A DNA stretch of 64,000 nt from contig CM102287.1 in the NCBI GenBank assembly GCA_046563655.1, forward strand, positions 2,914,001 to 2,978,000, read 5' to 3'. The first letter of the stretch is position 1; each line of letters opens with the position of its first letter. The notes under the pieces were generated by a model. The model saw only the letters and a list, made by a program, of their open reading frames with translations. It searched no databases and had not been told where the DNA came from. This DNA comes from Yuukianura sp. NJ FZ-2021 (Eukaryota). Position numbers and translations under genes: made by a program. Below, piece after piece: positions 40,323 to 54,500 of the stretch.

Positions 40323-42130
40323 TCGTTCAGAAATTGATCTAAGGTCACTCCAACTGTGATTGTTGTTAGGAGAAAACTCACAACCGAGTGCCCTTGACCT
40401 TGACCTCGCTCACTGCCCGACACGATTTCGTTGAGCGAATGAGAAAAATTCCTTTTGTAAGCCGTAGTGTAGACTTGATTTCGCATTTTCGGAAGAATAA
40501 ATCCTAAAATGAAACAACAAATTATAATTCGGGTGAAGGTCAAAAGTCAAAAAGCCAAGGTCAAAGTCAAAAACATTTTGCTCACTATGAAAATGCTGGT
40601 CAACATTTCCCCAAAAGTGGAAGTGGTACAGAGCTCTGTTGACTGCAAAGTGGTTAGTGGTGGATGGGTTGATTGATCTCCTGAAGCGACACCATAACTT
40701 GTCATAGCCACTCTCGTCCAAATGTAAGTCATAGTCGTCCACATCAAACGACTGCTAAATTTTCAAAATTACAAAATCAACTTCCAAGAAAATTCAAAAT
40801 TTTGATAAATTGAGCACCTTACTTCATTGTGGACATAGGGAGGAAGGTGTAAACTTTCAATTAGCAAATGTTCCACTTTTGCTTTTCCACGATCCATCCA
40901 GCACGCCATCATCTCTGCTTGACGCAAAGTCTCAAACTCCTCGCCAAACGCCACTGCAATGTAAGACTATACACAAATTAAATTAATTACTCAATTAATT
41001 GAATTTTCGTAATTTTAAATTAATTTTTACATTGTTTTGTAGCAATCGTCCTCCCAGGGTAAATTCAATGTGATTTAATTCGACGTTGATGTGATACGTA
41101 AACACGAGAATTGCATCACGCGGTAGACACGTCTCCGGTTCTTCTTTGAATGGACACACCCGGAAGCATGCCAAAGTTGATCCACAGGAGTAACTGCTGA
41201 TCGCTGAAAAAAAAAATTGTCAAAGGTCAACGTCACTCCGCAAAAATAATGCAAAGGTCATGATCAACCGCCATAATTTCGCAAAGTTTAAAGTAGTTCC
41301 CACTCTCCTAAAATAAAAGCTAACGAAAGTCAAACTTACGAAAAGGATTGAAGCTCAACGTATTGGACACGATGACCCAGTACTGCGTTCCTCTCAGAAT
41401 ACTGGCCCTAGAAAAGTAAAATTCCAAAGGTCAGGTAAAAGGTCAAAAGTTAAGTTCAAGATTTAATTGTTATGAAAACTTGCACAAATCGAATGTCACC
41501 AGCATCTTGGTCGGGTGCTCTCCAGACGAAACTTTGGTTTCCAAGTTTGATTGGTTGACCGTCGTCAATCACGGTGGACGCAGGAGAGTCAAAACAGGTC
41601 AAAAGTTTAAACGGAAACTGGACAAAGCGAAACTGTCCAACGATTCCAACTGCTCCAGCACCAAGGTGATGTTGACTCCGCCCACGGTTTCCTCCAAGAC
41701 TCCGTGCTTGCAGCATCAGGCCATCGAAAGCTCCGCCTTCTATTTGCACTATTACGGTAAACAAAAACTTTAAGTCAAAATTTGAAATTCAAAATTCTAA
41801 AATTTTTAAGTACCGCTACGGTATTTGAAATTCCAATGAAGCCTTACCCACCACATCAGCATCACGACGGTAGCGTCTTCCTTTGGCCGTAATCCTAAAC
41901 GGTATTTCCTCACTGCCTAAAGCACCGTAGTCATTGTCTCTTCTAACTTTGTAGTTTGGAGTGCCAAAGTCAGAGGTCAACAGACTCTGGGCATGCATGA
42001 AGTCGTCGTAGTTCCGCGGTGTCAAGTCCATACAAGATTGTTCGGTGTAACGCAGAAACGGACCCGCCGAGGTCAGTCGAATCAAGACGAAGACAGTCAC
42101 TAGCAGTTCCGAAGTTATCCAGCACAGCAT
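40319..42130 (-). CDS. Secreted or GPI-anchored reeler plus DOMON-like protein, multi-exon
   Basis: Signal peptide MLCWITSELLVTVFVLIRLTSA. Reeler-like SCMDLTP, FDGLMLQAR, VGQF, FVWRAPDQDAGDIRFVASI. DOMON-like CGSTLACF, YIAVAFG, MMACW, LWCRFRR. Hydrophobic C-terminal tail. Confidence 0.75.
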
Positions 42131-42302
42131 TTTAAAGCTGACCGTGTTGACCTTTGAGCGAAAACTCCAGAGTAAGTTCCAGCGATGCTGTTCAAATGAA
42201 AACTGACATGAGTTTGTATTTGGTGTTAGTGACAGTGACGGGTGACAAATTAGATGTTGCATAAATCATACCTTTCAGCTGCCTATGCGTTGATCGCTGA
42301 TC

Positions 42303-43937
42303 ATGCAAAGACAATTTCCTGTCAAACTTCTCCGGAAGTTTAGTGGGACACCTTCCAGGAAAATTAGAACAATCCAGCATATCCTCGTAGTCGTGATGAC
42401 GATGCTGACAACTTTCCTTTGCGTGTGGATTATTTCTGGACAACTTCGGAAATTCCGGACGCTTCAAAGTCGAAGTGGCCAAGGATACAGGACTTCCGTA
42501 GCGATTAATCATGATTACTCAAGATTAATTGATGAAGATGAAGATGGGCCAGTTTGGACTCGAATTAGTGATTCAGTGTACACATACAGTGCGTTCCTGG
42601 ACATGCGCAGTATCTCTCGAAAAGTAAGCTTGTCTTCACAGCTAATTCCAATAAGAGTCATCGGTCTCTGGAAACTTCCAAACAAAATGGACATGTTAAG
42701 ATCAACTCCTCTAAAGTGGTATCATATCAAAGAGGAGGCTGACCTGGAAGGATTTTTCTGTAAGGTCATCCACACAAGCGGGTCAAAGGTCACGGTGTCC
42801 GTCCAAGGTCAAAGCTTGACAAGGTCAATTTTTGAAGAGGGCCTGAAAATCTTCGCGGGAACTTTTTTTAATTGCTACATCAATGGTTCAATTGCTCAAA
42901 ATTTGGTGGACGGTGAAACCCATGGGTCAACTATCGTCGCAATTTACCCCACAGAGATACAAAATTACCCCATGAAGGGAATCCGGGTCAAAATAATCCA
43001 CGATAATTCTTCAAGGTCAACAAGGTCAACCGGGTCCACTCCGAAGTTGACACTTTGTGTTCGGCCCATTTTCGGACCAATTTCTGTACCCCACGTGACA
43101 CAATTTTTGGCTTTTTACAATGTCATGGGCGTTGAAGAATTCAACTTTTACGATTTCGGAATTCCTCCAGCCGTTAAACAGGAATTTCGGAAATGGCGGA
43201 GGCTCGAAAATTCAAAAAATTCAAAATTGAAAATTTTTGTGAAAAGATGGAACTTGCCTACAGGAGACTGGAATGAGTTATGGGATTACGGATCGCTGGC
43301 AGCGCTTAACGATTGTATCTACACAAACATGGACAGAGGTCACTGGGTCATCGTCGTTGACCTTGACGAGTTCATGGTTCCCCAAAACAGCGCTGGAAAC
43401 GTAACGCTGCAGCGATTACTTACGCAAGACGCTGGAACAGGAGCAGTAGCTGGATATGCCAAGTACGCTCAACTCCTGGTCCGAAACACTTTTTTCTGTA
43501 AAGAATTTTGTCCTGAAAGGAATCAATTTAATCGATTAACGTCGATTAATCACCTCAACTTGCCAATTTTGAATTGTTTAATTAGAACCAAGAGAATTTG
43601 GAATGTAAAGTTAAGGAGTAAGTTTATAGTGAATCCATACCGAGTAGCACAAGTAGGACATCATGGAGTTACCAGATTTTGGGAAAAGAAACCTTTCGAA
43701 AAGATTTCTGGAAATAAAATTTCCAGATTTACTACAAACTCTTACATTTTTCCAGAAAATATTTTGATTTTGAATCATTATCGAACGTGTTCTCAAATTT
43801 CAACTCCACTTCAACCCATTTTAGGCACAAAAATTCAAGTTGATACAACTATACTGAAATACAAGGAACTGATCATGTCAAAGGTCAAAGGTCATGACAC
43901 TTTAAGCGTAATTTGGCACATTGGAGACAAATTTTAG
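42303..43937 (+). CDS. Glycosyltransferase family 92 (DUF23) type II membrane protein, intronless CDS
   Basis: N-terminal TM anchor; YTYSAFLD, LTLCVRPIFG, GVEEFNFYD, AALNDCIY, VDLDEFMVP (DxD), RSKFIVNP, GHH, LNHYR. Confidence 0.85.
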   Translation: MQRQFPVKLLRKFSGTPSRKIRTIQHILVVVMTMLTTFLCVWIISGQLRKFRTLQSRSGQGYRTSVAINHDYSRLIDEDEDGPVWTRISDSVYTYSAFLDMRSISRKVSLSSQLIPIRVIGLWKLPNKMDMLRSTPLKWYHIKEEADLEGFFCKVIHTSGSKVTVSVQGQSLTRSIFEEGLKIFAGTFFNCYINGSIAQNLVDGETHGSTIVAIYPTEIQNYPMKGIRVKIIHDNSSRSTRSTGSTPKLTLCVRPIFGPISVPHVTQFLAFYNVMGVEEFNFYDFGIPPAVKQEFRKWRRLENSKNSKLKIFVKRWNLPTGDWNELWDYGSLAALNDCIYTNMDRGHWVIVVDLDEFMVPQNSAGNVTLQRLLTQDAGTGAVAGYAKYAQLLVRNTFFCKEFCPERNQFNRLTSINHLNLPILNCLIRTKRIWNVKLRSKFIVNPYRVAQVGHHGVTRFWEKKPFEKISGNKISRFTTNSYIFPENILILNHYRTCSQISTPLQPILGTKIQVDTTILKYKELIMSKVKGHDTLSVIWHIGDKF

Positions 43938-43975
43938 AAAAATGAAAAAAGTTTTTCGAAATTTGACATTTGACC

Positions 43976-46580
<2,605 letters not shown>

Positions 46581-49500
46581 GTTTCAGTCACTTACCGGTG
46601 ACCTTTGACACTTTCTGAACCGTCGCCTTGGTTATATCTAACAAAAAGAAGCTTATGATCACTCGTAGTGAAGTTGAAGAAGCTTTACTTTCACAAAAGT
46701 ACAAAGTAGGAGCCGCAGACGCTTTTATTGTGCGTAAAAGCCTTACTTGTGCCAATCCTTGGAGTCAAGAAACGCAGACTGACGATCCCTTACTTGCTGT
46801 ACCACGAGAAGACGCCGACTGAGCTGGAAATCTGTAAGGGCTGCTGTTTTTGACTTTAACGAGGCATGTGTATTGATTGGTTGCCCTCCAAGGTCATCCA
46901 ATTCCAGCCTAGAAGCCTCTCGTGTTAGAATGAACTGGAATTTAATATAATATACATAAATACGTTTGGATTCCAATTATCGAGAATAATCGAGAATAAC
47001 GGCTTCATCATGCCATGTTTCTTGAACCAAGTTCATTTTATACTTGAAATGAATTACTTCTTCGTCATCCCAAGTCATTTGTATTGCTACCGAGGCTGGA
47101 AGGAAGTATGAAGGTTGTAAAGTTTCAACAAGGTTTATCATGAGGTAGGTCAGTCTCCACTGCTTTTTATATTCGTTCGTCCTCTCTGCAACAAAAATCG
47201 ATAAAAGGTTGGTAATCCTACCACAACGTAGGAATGAATGAAGCATGAACTCATGAATTTTGAATTAGACAAAGTTTACCTTTCGATTTGTGTTCCGTTC
47301 AACTGAACACGGTATAAAACAGTCAAGTTTTACGAGAAACTACAAGTTTTGTTCAATTCATGTTCATGATTAGAGTTATGAGATAGAGCTCACCCAGATC
47401 TTGGTAAATCGGTGATTCTTTCATGAATTCCGTTCGTCATTACATTGTTCTTGGCAAGGACACTCCAAGTCCAAGTCCAAATGAACAGGTACATCCAACG
47501 TAATTTCCGTGATGGAATCTGCATTTATGCGTTGGTATTTAGCAATGCGGAGCAGCTGCTGGTCAGTTAATCTGGTTAGACGATGCCACAAAACAAGCCG
47601 GATCTCTCAGAAAAACGTTGAGGTCATCAGTACAGGCACATTTTTAGCAAGCAACGAACCATGACGAAGGTACGACGTTGACTCCTTGAAGGTTGGACGT
47701 TGATGTAAAGCAGTAATCGATGGGGCTACCAATACCTGAAATAATCATAGGGTTTTTAACATGACATGTTCTAATTGATATTACACTCAGTTAAATGCTC
47801 ATAAAATATAATAATTTATTTAATTCTTCAGACCTCAATTAACCCCGAACCGAACGTGATCCATCGTTTTTAATTGAAACTGGCAATTTATTTCGGAAGC
47901 GAAACCATGAAAATCCGGACTCCAGACCTTTCATTCATAAAATGTAGTTAAACAAATTCAAAACTCGCGCGAATTTTTGAACCACGTGACTGGGGATTCC
48001 CCGAGCCACACCTCCTCTTCTGATTGGCTGTAGTAAGAAATTCCTTTCGTTTGTAAAAAGTAGTAAAAATATTTTTATGAATGAAACGGAAGAGTGCATT
48101 AAATTTACTCGATACTTCCTTCCCTCTCAACCCAAATTTCTTTCATTACTTTCCCGTTACACTGAAAATCGAAATTCTCAATTGTTAATTCTCAAATTAA
48201 CAAGTTATAAAACAATTATTTGTACAAAATTAAAGATAATTAATTCTGATAAATTTTAAATTCTAAATCTACAATTTATGAAAGAATTAAGAGGTCAAGG
48301 TGCTTTCAAGATGAAAATGACGCAAGGAAGCTTTGAAGCACTGTATTTTCCGTACATAACAAATTACGCAAGACGAAGATTACTAAGAAGTGGTCCAGGA
48401 AGAAAACAAAGTTAGATTAAGAATAATAAGAGTTAAAAAATGCTGAGGGTAATCTAGGTTGCAGAAGTTTGCGTCCAGCAGGATGTTTGATCTTCCTTCA
48501 TTCCACATTTTATTGCTCTGGTTAAATGGTTTACGCAAATACTGTTAGTAGATAATTCCACAATCCACTACCATTCCATATTCAATTTACTTCAGTCCAT
48601 CTCCTGCCATAGTAAAAGATAAAGTAGAATCAGGAAGCTTTACACAGTAGTAACATCCTTGGGCAAACCATTCTGTGCTCACTCTAACATAATCAATGTA
48701 TATTTCAAGACAAAAAAATTGACAGCTAAATTCACAGGTGAAAAATTCACCTAGAAGTGGTTGAATTGATAAAAATTCATTTCTACTCTAACTTTTAGAG
48801 CTATTTGAAGTGTGAAAAATGCACATTCACTCTTATTCACAGTACTGAGGGTATTTCCCCCAGTGATGTTTAGCCTAGAGATGCTTTTGAGGCGGAATGA
48901 AACCGAGGGGACACGCACATGTAGTGGAGGGACGTAGATAAATCAAAGCATTTCAGATGAACCTCAGTCACGCAGTTCACACCAACAGAGAAAGACGTAG
49001 GCAGGAGTTGCTGGAAAAGCAGTAGTTTTTTATCCAGAATTCATTTCATCTTCAATTCCAATTAAAAACAACTTCTTTTAAGACCAGTTTCAATTCAAAC
49101 TGAAAGTTGAAGTTGCTTCTTCAAGTTAAAGTTTACATGGATTTTAGTTTCTAATGGTCTCCCTAGCCTGTCATCCCTCCTGTGTCAATAACGAGGAATT
49201 AATTGATTTCTGACTCAAAACACAAGAACGAAGGAAGTGACTCAACTTTTTAAATATTTTACACAAAGATTGTGGATCTGCGTGGGAGTTTGGAAAAAAT
49301 TTGTATCGATTGTGTGTGCGGAGGCGGACGAGTTCTGGAAGGAAACAGGACGGGAAACACCTCAGTTGCTTCGTAATTCGGAAATAACTCATCAGTCATC
49401 ATCCGGAAACAGCAGCATCAGGAGATACTACAGGTAACAGCCACCTCCTAGTGTAAACATAACCTAATCTAAGCATAACCTAATGTAAATAGCCTAACAT

Positions 49501-51578
49501 AACATTTTGATTAGTGTATGTCAGGCTCAAGGCTAATTTAATTTCATAATTATCACAAATAGTTTGAATTTGTCAAATTTCGTAAATTAGTCCATTTCGT
49601 TTCAGCCGTGAAACTTAATTTGCCGTTTGACAAATTTTAAAATTTGACTTTGATTAGAATGTGTTGTTATGAGGGGAAAACTGTGTCATGGTGCTATTTA
49701 GCACGGTGACACTTCGTGTGTCATGCGTACGACGTGTCACCTTCGGACATGTTAAATTACACATATTTAAAACAGGGTGACAATGGCTCAATTAGTAGTG
49801 TTTTTCCGTATTCAAAAAATAGAGCAGAAAAAAGATTGCCAAAAGTAAACAAGGAAGCTGGCTCCATTTTTATCTCTAAAAAGCTTTACGGTATTTTTAT
49901 CACTCTTTCCGGTATTTTTACAAATACCGTAGTAGCTCGTGTAGTAGCCTTCGCTGGTGGTTTATCTGTCAATATTTTTGTATCAACAGTTGTGTTGACA
50001 CAATAAAACAAAGTCTATAAAGCTGTTATCGATTGACTATGCTAAAATAGATTTTGGAATTGAGTTATTCTGGTTCATGTAAAAAAAATTCAGTACGAGG
50101 TCACTCCGCGAAGATGTGAGTCACAACGTACCACTTGCTTGTAAAAATTATGACGAAAGAAACAGAAGCTGCTCTTTTTAATTGTCTTTGTCACATAGGA
50201 TATTTTCATTGTGATTTATTACTAGAGCACAAGTTTATTCAAATGCTAAACAAACACTTGTGGACCACACTGCACATTTTTAATTAACGATTCACACATT
50301 GCTTAATCACTTTTGTGTACCAGCAGCAAATGACTTCCCCAGTTCTGCATGTTGGTCAAAAAAAGTTTTAGAAAAAGTAATTCATCATTTTTTTGATTTA
50401 AAAAGGAATTTTTCCCCCCTCATTGTATTTTGTTTAACGCTTTCACTATAAAATTGTTGTAAAACGGCGTTTATCTTCGGCATAATTATGAAAATTTATT
50501 ATAATGTAGAGTAATACATTGATTCAATAATGTTATGTTAAAGTGAGAATTTTGCAAATTTAGTTTAAAAACAGTGCTGACGTTTGACGTGACGCCGACG
50601 TCAATTATTTTTGACATGGAACGTGAACAAGCAACGCAAGCGAAAGCAAACTGAAATTTTTAGAATAACTTGATGAGCGTGACCACAGTAAAGTTTTTAA
50701 ACGGAAGAAAAATGAAAACATTTGAAGAGAAAAATTCAATTTTTCAAATCAAATGTCAATCAAAAAAATTTGTCCGTCTTTTTTTTCGCTTAATTTTAAC
50801 ATCACCCAAAAAAAGTTCACTTTTTCTCTCTATTTAAATTTGTCATTTTAAGTAGACAATTTCTTACAATAAATTACAGTGAATTTAAAATTGTGTCTGT
50901 TAGAAAGCGTGTTAAATGTTGAAAGAGTTGCAGAAATAGAACAAAAATGCAATTTTATACGCAGAATTGCAGAAAAGCAGATGCGTTGTCAGTGAAATTG
51001 AAACTGAAAAGTATTGAATTTCGAAAGAACGAAATTGTAAAAAGTTGAAGAACCGTTGTAGAAGACTCGATTTTCACACGGTGATCATTTCAGATTAAAT
51101 TCTAAATGTAATGAAAAAAAAGTCTAAGCATTTCACTTCATGATCTCAGGAATTTGACTCGTTTTTTCACTTGTTCTCACTGCTCTCCTTGTTACGGATT
51201 TTTTCTGTCTCCAATTTTTTTTAAACTCGCATTTTTTACTCAAATTTTGACCAATCAACGACAATGACTTTGTCAAAACACAGAAATTGTTCAAGTATGT
51301 TTCAGTTCCTGAATTGGTACAAATCATGCATCATTTTGATTCATAAGGAAACGTTTTCTTAAATTTACTTTTTGATTCATTTTTTGAAAAGTTCTGTTCT
51401 TTTTTTGTTTCAGATTGAACATGAAGGTCATTGGTCCTAAGATGGTAGGGAGTGAAGGTGTGGAGTTGACACCTTAAGAAGAGACACTCATTAATTTTGA
51501 ATTGAAAGTAGCCATTGTCCAATCACTCAAAAGTTCCCGCCAAAAAAAACTACGCATGCGTGTTTCGAATAAAAAATC

Positions 51579-54500
51579 ATGTTGAAACACGTCTCTGCGA
51601 CTACTTTGACACGTCGACGTGCTGCGTCTCCAGCCCCCTCATCAGCGTCAATCTCAACACTCGAATCTTCCGGATCCTCTGCATCTTCAACATGTTCATC
51701 TCCATCTTCATCTTCTTCTGTCTCTTCCTGTCACCTTCCAGGCACCAGCAGCAGCATTTCCAGCGCTTGCAGCGATTCCAGCGATCACTCGGCGTCTAAC
51801 TGGCGCAGTTTGGCCGAATGCCGAACTTACTCCCGCCTCAGCGTCACGGAACACCCAAATGCCGTAAGTTTTTGAACGTATTCTAAAATTTTCGGAACCT
51901 ACCGTATTTCCTGGCGTATATTTCAAACTCTAGTAATTCACGATTTTTGGTAGTTTCGGTAATTACTTGAATTACAGCAGGTAATTACAGTAATTACAGC
52001 AGTTAATTACAGTAATTACATTGATAATTACTTGCGGTGTTTAGTATTTCAAAGAAGATGACACTTTTTGTGGAAGGTGCAAAATTTTAATTTCAACCTT
52101 CAAATTTTGTCTTTTGAGCCTGTTTTAACTCAAGGTGCAACCAATTACTAAAATTAGCTTTTGGACTAATTAGTCTACAAGGATGTTTGACAAGGGCAAA
52201 GTTACGAACATGGTGGGGCTGAACCCACCACAGCATGACCCACCAACAAAGGTGGGGCTCAGATTTGAATCAAAAGTGATTAGGAATTTTTGAATGTTTA
52301 GAATTCTGAAATGTTTTTTGAGAGAGTTTAAGAAGATTTGAGAGAGATGATCATAAAGATCTTAGAGATGAAAGACAATGGAGCAGTAATTAGCATTTAA
52401 TCCACTACAAATCCTTCCAGAACAACTTTTCTCTTTTGTTAGGCTAACTTTTACGTTTTCACATTAGGTTATGTTCACATTAGGTTTAAAACCTTACCTT
52501 GTTTGGTCTAAAGCGCTCCACGTGCAGGCCTCCGCCTCTCGTCTTTTTCAAAAAATTGCCAGAAGCAAATCGTCATAAATTTTGGTTTCATTTTTGTTGA
52601 TTTTTATGCCCCATTTTGTCACGTAAAGCGTAATTTGAGTAATTTTTTGTCGTTCTCTGGAATAGTGCAGATTTTGAAAATTCGAGATATGTATTCCGAA
52701 CTTCGATTTTCAAAAATGATGTATCATTTTTGAAAATGTTTTGAAAAAGAGGTTTCTGTTGTGGAAATAGGAAAGTCGTTAAGTTTAACGAGGAAAGCTG
52801 ATGAGATCCAACTGGAGAAAGATTTAGTTTTTGTTTGTTTTGAAAGATCCAGTTCTAATTTTGTTCAAACAGAATTTTTAGAAAAAGTTAAACTCGGTTC
52901 TGATTAAGACACAGTTTCATTCATCGCGTTTTCGAAATTAGTTTTTTTTTTCAAAATGTTTAAAAGTTGATTTTATAGCAACAGTAGGTTTAATTCAAAG
53001 TGAAAAGTGGATTATATATGTACAAGATTTCTAAAAAAAAAATTGATTATTTCTATGTTAACGCTCCATAAGGCGTCTAAATTTTTTTGAAAATTGAACA
53101 ACCTCCTTCCAGAAAGTGGCAAACTATTGGTTTAGAGTCAAATATGTTTGAAATATTTCGGTTTCAAGCGATTTCGCCTTTTTGGCCTTTCGGGCCAGGA
53201 AATCCGTCGAGGCCTCGGTCGCCTTTCGGGCCAGGAAATCCAGGAAGGCCATCAAAGCCACGTTCGCCTTTCGGGCCGGGAAGGCCAGGATCACCTTTCA
53301 AAAGTTCCCGCGTTTTTTGCGAATTTAGAAACTCCGGAGACGTTCTTGGGGCACGCAAGACGAATCTTGTGTCTTGACTCGGATGAGCCAAGGTTTGGAG
53401 CAGGTTGAACTTCAAAACAACAAAAAATGAGTTTTGAAAAAATTGACGAAATTAAGTTCAAAGCTAAGATTTTTTGGAGTTTTTGTACCCATTGTGGAAT
53501 TGCTTCTTGGGACTTCCTAAGTTCCGTCATCTGAAATAAGCTTGAAGCAAGTTTTTTTTCCTCATTTTTTTATAATTTGAAATTTTGAGTGTATTTATAA
53601 AATTTGAAACTGACCTTCTCCACAAATGTTTCGTACTCATCTCTGTCGGCGTTGACCTAATGAAACAAAGTTTCAAAAATTTTGTTTTACAATGGAATAT
53701 TCTTTTTGGAAAAACAGTTTTTTTTAGAAAAGTGTCTTACCGCTTCTTCAACTTTCATTAAAACATATTTGAGTCCAGTTTCTTCCATTTTTGTTACATC
53801 TGCATCCAACCTTTACATATAAATCAAATACTACTTCAAAAACTAAAATTTCAGATTTCATAATTTTTTTAAAATATTTTTTGAAAGTTAAAATCTTCTT
53901 ACTCATTTGAAAGATCGGCTGGACCGGATCTCACTAGATTATTTTGAGCTGACAGCACAAGCATAACTACTAACGAGAACAACCGCATGTTGACTTATAT
54001 CCAAAAATTTTTGGTTTTCAAAATTTCGAACTTTTAAGTTTTTCAAAATTTCAGTTTTGATTAACTTCACTTGCCAAGGGTGCCTTGTTGCAACTGAACT
54101 GTTCAATTCTAAAGTGGCTAGTATTTAAATGTGCTAGTTTTATGAAGAAATTTTTAAATTGACCTTGATCCAGTAACACTTTAACTCAATTTTTCTTAGA
54201 AGAGAGGATGTTCTAAAACAAAGACTAAAAAACTAAGTTTGTAGAGTGTTTTTTAAAGATTACTTTTCATTTTGGAAAATTTGTGCGTCACAGGATGGGA
54301 TATATTTCCGTTCGATAACGAATTACGTTTTAGCTCAAAATTTTATTATTTTTTTTTAGTTTTAATTGTTAAAAATTTTCAAACTTTTTTTTAACACAAC
54401 CCCCCTCTCTCTGGAATGTAAAACTTTTTATTTTTTTTCCTCAGTTGTGCAAAAATGCGTGTGGAAAGAATTTCATTTGAATTTTTTTTTCTCTGCAAAC

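Noticed and set aside
47160..47735. Selenoprotein or antizyme-like recoding, suggested by in-frame TGA codons
   Set aside because: No recognisable protein homology, SECIS element or antizyme frameshift context; the stops are as expected for non-coding sequence.
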